Shown: one piece after another, positions 24,819 through 32,000 of the stretch
How positions within the stretch are numbered: the stretch's first letter is position 1
Layout of the letters: every line of letters starts with the position of its first letter
Source of the DNA: Trichlorobacter lovleyi SZ
Lineage (GTDB): Bacteria; Desulfobacterota; Desulfuromonadia; Geobacterales; Pseudopelobacteraceae
DNA length: 32,000 nt
Direction of reading: 5' to 3'
Assembly (NCBI RefSeq): GCF_000020385.1
Contig: NC_010814.1
Coordinates: 30,001-62,000 of the forward strand
Made by a program: the position numbers and the translations under genes
Notes under the pieces: model-generated
What the model saw: the letters and a program-made list of their open reading frames with translations, nothing else
Told to the model about the DNA's origin: nothing
Databases searched by the model: none

Positions 24819-27725
24819 TTAGTCAGGGCTGCCCACCAGCTGAAAGGCGCCCCAGTAGAAGGGGTGGGGATATTTCCCGAGCATGGTCCGCTGGGCCTGG
24901 CGCAGGGCAGCAGCCTTGGGGGTTCCAGAGGCCATCAGCCGATAGAATTCAGTCATCAGCTCGGTTGTCTCACGGCTTGGCACTGACCAGAGGCTTAAGA
25001 CCACGGTTCTGGCACCAGCCAGAATAAAGGCCCGTTTTAGCCCGAAGACCCCTTCACCGGCCTTGATATCCCCCACCCCGGTTTCACAGGCTGAGAGGGT
25101 GACCAGATCAGTCCCCAGCAGGCGCATCCCCAGAATCTTTTCAGCCGTCACCAGCCCGTCATCCCGGCCCCGGGCCAGTGCGCCGTTCACACCGGCCAGC
25201 GCAATGCCGGAACGGAGCATAGGGTTGGTCAGCTGTGTGTGAGCTGCGCCACTGGCTGGTTTGATCAGCTGCACAGCCTTAAGGCCTCGGGTCTCACTGC
25301 CACCGCTTGTCTCATCCTGCAGGAAAAAACCGTGGGTTGCCAGGTGCAGTATTCTTGGCTGTGATTGGGCAAGCAGGGTGGATTCAAGGGCCTGGCGACC
25401 AGCAAGGTTTTGAACCTTGATCTGTGTCCCATGCCTGAGCAGCCCGGCAATGGCATCGGTCTCCACCTTGGTATCGGGCAGCCTGCTGAACTGCAGGGAC
25501 GTAAGCTGAGCAAGCAGTTCACCGTGAGGTCGAGCTTCACCGGTATGCAACGGTAGATCGTAATCAGGATCAGCAAACAGCAACGCCTTTCCCGAGCTGG
25601 CTACAGAGGTGCCAAAGCGGGCCATATCCCGGCCTGAGCCAACATAGCTGATGGCATACTGTTCCAGCAGGTAGGGCTTCCCTTTAGCACGCAGCACCTC
25701 AAACGGCAGCAGGTGCAGACCGGCATCAGGGCTGATGATGAGCGATGAAACCCCCTGTAGATAAGGGAGCAATGGTGCCACAATTCTGGCATGGAGTTCG
25801 GCAGCAACAGCCACAAGCCGCGAGGTATCTGCCTTGCCGCCACCGGCCTGTGCGGCAATCTGGCGACGGTAGTCAGTAATCACCTGATTAATACTGCCTG
25901 AAGGTCCCAGATCCAGCATCTGTACCGTCGCACCCGGTTGATTGCTGACAATAAAGGCAAGATAGCGCAGGCCCCGCACCTCCAGCGGCTGGAAATGCCA
26001 ATCCTCAACCAGCACAAAATCAATATAGGCGGCACCCTTTGGCAGTAACTTGCGCAGCTCATTGCTGGTAAATCGCTGTGATGTACCGGCCTTGGCATAG
26101 ACAGCGCTGCGTTTGGTCAGATCTGTCTCCAGCTGTTCTTTGCGATACTCGAGCAGCTCGATTCTGGTGGCGTGGCTCTGGGCTGACTGGGGAGCAGGCT
26201 GCACCAGCTGCAGGCCTGCCAATTGCCTGCGAACAGCTACCAACTCCTCAAACTGCTGCTTCAAGGCAGGATCATCGGTCCTGTAGAGCGCATCCAGATA
26301 GCGCCCCTGGGACTCCATCACAATCCCCTTCCAGCGCAACCAGACGTCCAGGGCAGTAGCCGCAGCGCCGGGGTCCTGGGCCAGCACCTGCCGGGTATGG
26401 GCCAGATGCAGTCTGACAAACGCCATTTCCTCCTGCAGGTACTGCAGCTTCTGCTGTTCGGTCAGCAATTGGAACAGATCATCCCGCTTTCGTTCCTTGA
26501 TTCTGAGCGCCTCGGTCTGCAGCCGGTGGGCCTCAAGGTGTTTGCCCTGCAGCCGTAGGGCATCGGCCAGGTTGGTCATCCGTGTGGCAACCTCAGGATA
26601 ATGCGTACCGGTCGGCCCTGCCAGGCTGTCCGTCAGAATATCATGCAACAGTTGTTCGGCAGCGGCATAGCGTTCCTGCATCAGGTAGTTGACCGCCAGG
26701 TTGTTGCGCTGCATCAGGGTGGTGGGATGGCTGCCTCCCAGGCTGTGTGCACTGATGCTGATCGCCTCTTGCTGCAGTTTTTCTGCCTGTGCGTAGGCCT
26801 CTTTCCGTTGCAGCAGCAGTGCCAGATTATCCAGATACACCGCCAGCTCAGGGTGTCGGTTCCCGTACACGTTGCGGGCAGAGGTCACGGCCTGCTGCAG
26901 CAGCCCCTCTGCCTCCTGCGGTCTGCCGTTGTCGCGGTAGATCATCCCCAGATTGTTCATTTCGCGGATAAGCCGGGGATCATCAGGCTTCAGAATCTGA
27001 CGTTTGATCTCCAGCGCCGCTGCGGTCAGCTCTGTTGCCTCCCGGGTGCGCCGCATCTTGAGGTACAGCCCGGCCAGACTGGACATCCGGTCCGCCAGAA
27101 ACAGGCGTTGCCGGTCCATTGAGAGATGCATCCTGAGGGAGAGCGCGTCAGGCTGGGCAGCCTTCAGCGCCCACTCATACTCAGCCTTCAGCAGCGGCTC
27201 TGCCTCGGCGTAACGCCCCTGATTCTGATAGAGCACGGCAAGGTTGCCATAGACGGAGATCAGCGCCTCATCATCCTTTTGCTCCACTGTTTTCAGGGTC
27301 TCAATCGCCTCACGATACAGCTGTTCCGATTCAGTGTAGCGGCCGGTTTCGCGGTAGAGCCCGGCCAGGTTTTGCAGGGCTGCGGCATAATCAGCCGGGG
27401 CCTCCTGGCGATGTGCGCGGACTATCTGCAGTGCCTGTACAAAATATCGCTCAGATTCATCAAATCTGCCCATCTTGCGCAGGATTGCGGCGACGGTATC
27501 AAGGCTCATGGCCGTATCACGGTGCTCTGTCCCAAAGAGCCTCCGGGCGTTTGCCAGCACCTGGCGCGCCTGCTTCAATGCCTCTTCATAACGTCCGGCA
27601 GCCAGCAGTTTCTGGGCGTAGCGGCGCTCCATGAGCAGGTCGCTGGCCTCCTCATAACTGGCAGCCAGGGCAGGGACCGGACCGGTTAACAGGGCCACTA
27701 TCAGTAACAGAAGCAGGGATCGCAT
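24819..27725 (-). CDS. Exported TPR-repeat CHAT-domain (caspase-fold) protease
   Basis: Start chosen at MRSLLLLLIVALLTGPVPALAA (AGAGGG 8 nt upstream). Alternative ATGs lie at 27749 and 27779. There are many TPRs. The C-terminal CHAT domain has His (LHLATHGFF, codon 25332-25334) and Cys (LSACETG, codon 25086-25088). Confidence 0.85.
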   Translation of the reverse strand: MRSLLLLLIVALLTGPVPALAASYEEASDLLMERRYAQKLLAAGRYEEALKQARQVLANARRLFGTEHRDTAMSLDTVAAILRKMGRFDESERYFVQALQIVRAHRQEAPADYAAALQNLAGLYRETGRYTESEQLYREAIETLKTVEQKDDEALISVYGNLAVLYQNQGRYAEAEPLLKAEYEWALKAAQPDALSLRMHLSMDRQRLFLADRMSSLAGLYLKMRRTREATELTAAALEIKRQILKPDDPRLIREMNNLGMIYRDNGRPQEAEGLLQQAVTSARNVYGNRHPELAVYLDNLALLLQRKEAYAQAEKLQQEAISISAHSLGGSHPTTLMQRNNLAVNYLMQERYAAAEQLLHDILTDSLAGPTGTHYPEVATRMTNLADALRLQGKHLEAHRLQTEALRIKERKRDDLFQLLTEQQKLQYLQEEMAFVRLHLAHTRQVLAQDPGAAATALDVWLRWKGIVMESQGRYLDALYRTDDPALKQQFEELVAVRRQLAGLQLVQPAPQSAQSHATRIELLEYRKEQLETDLTKRSAVYAKAGTSQRFTSNELRKLLPKGAAYIDFVLVEDWHFQPLEVRGLRYLAFIVSNQPGATVQMLDLGPSGSINQVITDYRRQIAAQAGGGKADTSRLVAVAAELHARIVAPLLPYLQGVSSLIISPDAGLHLLPFEVLRAKGKPYLLEQYAISYVGSGRDMARFGTSVASSGKALLFADPDYDLPLHTGEARPHGELLAQLTSLQFSRLPDTKVETDAIAGLLRHGTQIKVQNLAGRQALESTLLAQSQPRILHLATHGFFLQDETSGGSETRGLKAVQLIKPASGAAHTQLTNPMLRSGIALAGVNGALARGRDDGLVTAEKILGMRLLGTDLVTLSACETGVGDIKAGEGVFGLKRAFILAGARTVVLSLWSVPSRETTELMTEFYRLMASGTPKAAALRQAQRTMLGKYPHPFYWGAFQLVGSPD

Positions 27726-27807
27726 TGATTTTGCCCTCTGGCTTTTCATTTGTGCAGGATATGGTACAGTGCGTACCATCTGACAACCCCTTTGTGGAGG
27801 TAGTACT

Positions 27808-28305
27808 ATGAAACGGTTGACCTGCTGGTTAACAACGGTTGTGACTGCGCTGCTGGTCCTGCTGCCGGTGCTGGTGTCCGCTGACCAGGCCGCCGATGAC
27901 ATTACGAATGCCCGCCGTTCCAGGATGCTCCGGCGTGGTCTTCCCGATGCAACCGCCCCCGTGGTCCGGCCGCCACTACCTGCTCCGGCCGCCGCAACGC
28001 CCCAGAACGTCTCTGATGATGCCACCTTTGGCTATACCAAAGAAAACCCGATCAAGATGGGTGGCGCTGACCTGTCGGAAGGGATTGCCGGTTCAAAGTA
28101 CTACCTGCGTTCTTTGCGGGACAAGCACAACAAGCCGTTTGCGGTCAGCCGGATCAGCAATGTAGGACCGGGAGAAGATGGGCATATTGTTGACCTCTAC
28201 CAGCTGATCGATTCAGAGGGCACCAGCTACAAACTGTACGTTGATGTGTATCATCCCGAAATTCACCCCAAAGAGGCCAAAACACCGCAGGGGATGACCA
28301 GATAA
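27808..28305 (+). CDS. Exported hypothetical protein (165 aa)
   Basis: GGAGG RBS. Signal peptide MKRLTCWLTTVVTALLVLLPVLVSA, then a Pro/Ala-rich linker and a ~100-aa globular region. No family recognised. Confidence 0.6.
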   Translation: MKRLTCWLTTVVTALLVLLPVLVSADQAADDITNARRSRMLRRGLPDATAPVVRPPLPAPAAATPQNVSDDATFGYTKENPIKMGGADLSEGIAGSKYYLRSLRDKHNKPFAVSRISNVGPGEDGHIVDLYQLIDSEGTSYKLYVDVYHPEIHPKEAKTPQGMTR

Positions 28306-28352
28306 CACGTTTCTCCTGATGCTCCTGACGCCGGTGTGCGCGTTTTGACGCA

Positions 28353-29588
28353 CTACTCACCGGCAGGGTAGTTGCGGGCAAACAGGAACAGCAGGCTGGT
28401 CAGCAGCAACCCTCCCACCGGCACACTGAAGGCAGCCCGGAAACCTTCCGGGCTGTAACCGCCGCAGCGGGCAATGATCACTCCCATCCCCTGCTGGGTG
28501 GTGGCCGCCCCCATCAACACAAAGAAATTCAGCGAGGTCAGGCCGGTCCCCACCATACTGACCGGCACCATGGCCCGAATGATCGGATAGATCATCACCC
28601 CGCTGGAGACTGTCAGTCCGATCCCCAGAAAATAGAGCACCAGCCCCCAGTGGGGCAGCAGCGGCAACCAGCCCATGAAGCCGGTCATCAGCCCGGTCAG
28701 GCAGAGCTGCCCGGCCAGCAGGGTCCGGCTGTAGGAGTGAAACAGGCTGCGGGCTATCCGGTCCATCAACGGCGAACCGATGATAAAGCCGACCGAGGTC
28801 CACATCAGCATCTGGCCCGCCCCTTCCCGCGACAAACCGATCAGCTGCATCAGAAACGGGCCGCCCCACAACCCCTGTACCGCCAGGTAGTTGCCGTACC
28901 AGCAGAAGGCGATGGCCGCCAGCAGCCAGAAGGAGCGGTTGCGGGCGATGGTTCCCCAGGCTGCCAGCATGCCCGGCGGTTGCAGCTGTTCAGGCGCTAC
29001 CGTTTCAAGGGGGCGTGCCGGCCGGTCCTGCACCTTCAGGAAGATCAGTACGGTTACCACCCCCTGCAGCAGGGCGATCAGCAGAAACGAAGAACGCCAT
29101 CCCATCAGACCGACCGCCATGGCCAGCGGGGCGGTTCCTGCCAGATTGCCCAGGTTGCCGACGGCGATCATCAGGCCGGTGATCCGGGCAAACTCCTGGC
29201 GGGTATACCAATGGCTGAAGATGGTAAAGCTGGCCATCAGCACCGCTGCCGTGCCGATGCCGATCAACACCCGGCCTGCCATGGCGGCGGTCAGTGATCC
29301 GGCCTGGGAAAACAACAGACCGCCCAGGGTGGTTAAAAGGCCGCAGCCGGAGATCACCAGCCGGGGACCGACTCGGTCGATCAGCGGTCCCAGCGGGATC
29401 TGGGCCACGGCATAGACGTAGAACAGCACTCCGGCCAGGCTGCCCAGTTGTTGCGGGGTCAGGGCCAGGTCTCGGCTGACATCGGCCGAGACCACAGCCA
29501 GTGAGACACGGTAGAAGTAGACCAGGATGTAGATCAGCGCCAGGGTGAAGAACAGGCGCCAGCGCAGGTTGTTAAAGGAGTGCGGCAT
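28353..29588 (-). CDS. MFS transporter
   Basis: 411 aa with about 12 TM segments. MFS loop motif GPLIDRVGPR. The start overlaps the stop of the HD-GYP gene (TGATG). Confidence 0.85.
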   Translation of the reverse strand: MPHSFNNLRWRLFFTLALIYILVYFYRVSLAVVSADVSRDLALTPQQLGSLAGVLFYVYAVAQIPLGPLIDRVGPRLVISGCGLLTTLGGLLFSQAGSLTAAMAGRVLIGIGTAAVLMASFTIFSHWYTRQEFARITGLMIAVGNLGNLAGTAPLAMAVGLMGWRSSFLLIALLQGVVTVLIFLKVQDRPARPLETVAPEQLQPPGMLAAWGTIARNRSFWLLAAIAFCWYGNYLAVQGLWGGPFLMQLIGLSREGAGQMLMWTSVGFIIGSPLMDRIARSLFHSYSRTLLAGQLCLTGLMTGFMGWLPLLPHWGLVLYFLGIGLTVSSGVMIYPIIRAMVPVSMVGTGLTSLNFFVLMGAATTQQGMGVIIARCGGYSPEGFRAAFSVPVGGLLLTSLLFLFARNYPAGE

Positions 29589-30541
29589 CAGGAGCCTTCG
29601 GAAAGGATCACGTCCTTGAATTTTTCCAGCAGGCGGGGGCTGAAGACATCCTTGCCGACCCCCTCCATCAGGGTGATCGCCTCGGACCGGCCCATCGCCT
29701 TTTTGTAGGGACGGTTTGAGGTCAGGGCGCTGAACACGTCGCAGATCGCCGTAACCTGAGCGGTACGGGGGATCTCGTCACCGGCCAGCTGAAAGGGGTA
29801 GCCTTCGCCGTTGATCCGCTCGTGATGGTAGCGGACTGCCGCCAGGCTGATCTCGCTGAAGCCTCCCAGCTCCCGCAGGCATTCGTAGCCGCGTTCCGCA
29901 TGCTTCTTGATCAGGTTGTACTCGAAATTAGTCAGGATATCGGTCTTTTCCAGGATGGCGCTGGGGACAAAGATCATTCCCACATCATGCAGAATCCCGC
30001 CGATCCCCACATCCTCCAGTTCATCGGCTGTCAGTCCGAACACCTCGGCATGTACCAGCAACGAAAGGGAGGCAACATGCACACTGTGGGCAAAGGTATA
30101 AAAATCGTGGTTAACAACCGCGTGCAGGGCCTCCAGCGGATTCGGGTTGCCGGCGATATACTGCATCAACTGGCGGACCAGATTGCGGCAGCGGTCCAGG
30201 TTTGAGAGCTTGTCCGGCATCTCGAAGACATCCATGACGTAGTTCATGGCAACCTGGGAAAGCAGCTGACCCTTGACCGGCCCGGAGATTTCATCAGAGG
30301 CCAGGATTTCCGAGATGCTTTCTTCAAGGAAATCGCAGACCTCTCTGATACTGCCGGCGTTTATATAGAGATGTTCCACCTGATTGTTGTGCAGCCGCTG
30401 CAGGTCAGCCCTGGTGATTGGCCGGTCGGCCGGTTTATACAGCACCAGATTGGTGCCGCTCTGCATGTACAGGGCAACCTGCGGGAATTTTTCAGGATTG
30501 ATACAGGCGGTATGGACCGGTCGATACTTTTCATCAAACAT
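29588..30541 (-). CDS. HD-GYP domain protein (putative c-di-GMP phosphodiesterase)
   Basis: HSVHVA...GGILHDVGM...HHERINGEGYP: both the HD and GYP signatures are present. Confidence 0.85.
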   Translation of the reverse strand: MFDEKYRPVHTACINPEKFPQVALYMQSGTNLVLYKPADRPITRADLQRLHNNQVEHLYINAGSIREVCDFLEESISEILASDEISGPVKGQLLSQVAMNYVMDVFEMPDKLSNLDRCRNLVRQLMQYIAGNPNPLEALHAVVNHDFYTFAHSVHVASLSLLVHAEVFGLTADELEDVGIGGILHDVGMIFVPSAILEKTDILTNFEYNLIKKHAERGYECLRELGGFSEISLAAVRYHHERINGEGYPFQLAGDEIPRTAQVTAICDVFSALTSNRPYKKAMGRSEAITLMEGVGKDVFSPRLLEKFKDVILSEGS

Positions 30542-30647
30542 GGTAGCTGCTCCAAAGGTGGCTTTAAATGCCTTGTCTGGGCTGGACCAGGATTTCGGCT
30601 GCCGGGTATTCTACATGAAATCAGACAGCCGGGCTGCAGATTTTTGG

Positions 30648-31232
30648 TTACTGCTGCTGCAGCTCCTGCCACCTGAAGCAGTCAACGGTATGGTCATTCA
30701 CCATCCCCACCGCCTGCATCATGGCATAGCAGATGGTACTGCCCACAAAGCGGAAACCGTGCTTTTTCAGGTCACGGCTCAGGCTATCGGAAACCGCTGT
30801 GCTGGCAGGCACCTCCTTGATGCTGCGCCAGCTGTTCTGGATCGGTCTGCCATCCACAAAACGCCACATATAGGCATCAAAGGAACCAAACTGCTCCTGC
30901 ACCTGCAAAAAGGCGCGGGCATTGCTGATGGCTGATGCCACCTTCAGGCGGTTGCGTACAATACCGGGGTTTAGCAGCAGCTCTGCAACCTTCTGCTCAT
31001 CAAAGCGGGCCACCACAGTTGGATCAAAGTTCTCAAAAACAGTTCGATAGGCTGCCCGTTTACGCAGAATCGTGATCCAGGACAGTCCGGCCTGGGCCCC
31101 CTCCAGGATCAGGAACTCAAACAGCAGCCGGTCATCGTGCACCGGCACACCCCACTCAAGGTCGTGGTAGTCGCGGTAAAGCGGGTCACTGCCTGCCCAG
31201 GCGCAGCGGGTTGGTTGGCTGTTGGTGGTCAT
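30648..31232 (-). CDS. tag: DNA-3-methyladenine glycosylase I
   Basis: RCAWAGSDPLYRDYHDLEWGVPVHDDRLLFEFLILEGAQAGLSW.TIL.KR is the classic Tag signature. Confidence 0.9.
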   Translation of the reverse strand: MTTNSQPTRCAWAGSDPLYRDYHDLEWGVPVHDDRLLFEFLILEGAQAGLSWITILRKRAAYRTVFENFDPTVVARFDEQKVAELLLNPGIVRNRLKVASAISNARAFLQVQEQFGSFDAYMWRFVDGRPIQNSWRSIKEVPASTAVSDSLSRDLKKHGFRFVGSTICYAMMQAVGMVNDHTVDCFRWQELQQQ

Positions 31233-31395
31233 GGGAACCTCATGGGGGAACGGTTTAACGGGTTGCCGCTGAGCCGCGAGCGGTGTTGCTAGGCTAACCT
31301 GCCAACGGACGACCGAGAAACAGGTGAAATGCAGCGCACAGTACGCCGGTCCGAGTTGATTGAGCCGTTAGGGATTGGATAGATTGAGTAGCTGA

Positions 31396-31722
31396 TTATG
31401 AAGCATGTGCCAGAACGTCAGACGCCCACTGGTTTATACTTACGCCATGAGCCTGCGCCATCATGGCTGCCCGAGCGTGGACTTCTGGTGGTACACGCAG
31501 CATGAGCTTGCCGGAGTACGGTTTTTGTGGTGCTCTTCCAACTCTTTCACAGGTTGCAAGATAGTCGTCAACTGCCTCCTCAAACGCTGCTCTCAGTTCT
31601 TTCACGGTTTCCGCATGGAAGCCGATAACATCTTTGATGCCGGCAATATGCCCGATAAAACATGCATCTTCGTCGCTATATTCAATTTTTGCAGCATAGC
31701 CCTTGAATGTCATTGTGCTCAT
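31396..31722 (-). CDS. hicB: HicB-family antitoxin
   Basis: The N-terminus is HicB-like (YAAKIEYSDEDACFIGHIAGIKDVIGFHAETVKELR). The C-terminal RHH-like segment reads GKLMLRVPPEVHARAAMMAQAHGVSINQW. ATGA overlap with hicA. Confidence 0.85.
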   Translation of the reverse strand: MSTMTFKGYAAKIEYSDEDACFIGHIAGIKDVIGFHAETVKELRAAFEEAVDDYLATCERVGRAPQKPYSGKLMLRVPPEVHARAAMMAQAHGVSINQWASDVLAHAS

Positions 31723-31973
31723 GGTTTTACTCCTGCGTTCTCCAGGAACGCCCTTGCATCTTTAACTTGATATGGTTTGGCCTCTTTTGCAGGGTGCGGG
31801 CGATGAAAAGTACCAATTATGCCGTTTAGCTCAAACCTGACCCTTGAACCGTTGCCTTCAATTGTTTGTGCACCGAGTGCAACGAACAATGATTCAATTT
31901 TTCTCCATTCCAAAGTTGCTGGAACAGGAAGTGAAAAAATAGCAAGCAGTGTGCTACGGTGAGATTTATTCAT
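31719..31973 (-). CDS. hicA: HicA-family mRNA-interferase toxin
   Basis: 84 aa with a GSRVRFELNG..GTFHRPHP.KE pattern typical of HicA. It lies upstream of and overlaps hicB, the usual hicAB order. Confidence 0.8.
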   Translation of the reverse strand: MNKSHRSTLLAIFSLPVPATLEWRKIESLFVALGAQTIEGNGSRVRFELNGIIGTFHRPHPAKEAKPYQVKDARAFLENAGVKP

Positions 31974-32000
31974 GAATTAAGGTTACCAAAGTGTCTATAG

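Noticed and set aside
24819-27725. TPR-CHAT as Csx29/Craspase of a type III-E CRISPR system or as an Avs/STAND effector
   Set aside because: There is no CRISPR array, cas gene or NTPase domain in or near the gene. The protein also carries an N-terminal secretion signal.
27726-28025. N-terminal 100-aa extension of the CHAT ORF in the track (start at 28025)
   Set aside because: The extension runs antisense through the well-supported divergent gene (RBS plus signal peptide). A signal peptide with its own SD begins at 27725.
1-32000. CRISPR arrays, tRNA/rRNA genes, IS elements, reverse transcriptases
   Set aside because: I found no regularly spaced direct repeats, no tRNA-like cloverleaf candidates in the intergenic gaps, and no transposase or RT motifs in any frame. 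Detection by eye is imperfect, so tRNAscan/Rfam/ISfinder should confirm.

Overview
High-GC bacterial chromosomal window. The gene content and order look like a Geobacter/Desulfuromonadales-type deltaproteobacterium; this is an inference from memory of gyrA-orf-gpsA synteny and was not searched. It is mostly densely packed core genes. Left to right: gyrA 3' end, a conserved unknown gene coupled to gpsA, a minus-strand PilZ / BioD-DRTGG / flbD-motA-motB cluster, a TPP riboswitch with thiS-thiG-thiE, a REP-like palindromic element, a TIGR01212 radical-SAM gene, an AT-richer Bro-N/DinD-like gene, a DUF362 Fe-S protein, a TonB-dependent receptor divergent from a PhnD-like binding protein + HAMP-GGDEF-EAL + dtd operon, an exported Cys-phosphatase, a YhaM-like OB/HD nuclease, an OmpR/CpxRA-like two-component pair, an exported TPR-CHAT caspase-fold protease locus (with MATE pump and two small exported proteins), HD-GYP coupled to an MFS transporter, tag, and a hicAB toxin-antitoxin pair at the right edge. 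I recognised no rRNA, tRNA, CRISPR array, transposase or integrase. The most promising undescribed candidates are (1) the exported TPR-CHAT locus and (2) the TonB receptor / binding protein / GGDEF-EAL module, which has poly-G tracts at its ribosome-binding site and at the GGDEF/EAL junction. The PilZ-DRTGG-FlbD-MotAB stator cluster ranks next. All domain calls come from motifs read by eye in the supplied translations. No database search was possible, so functions are family-level and the system-level ideas are hypotheses.
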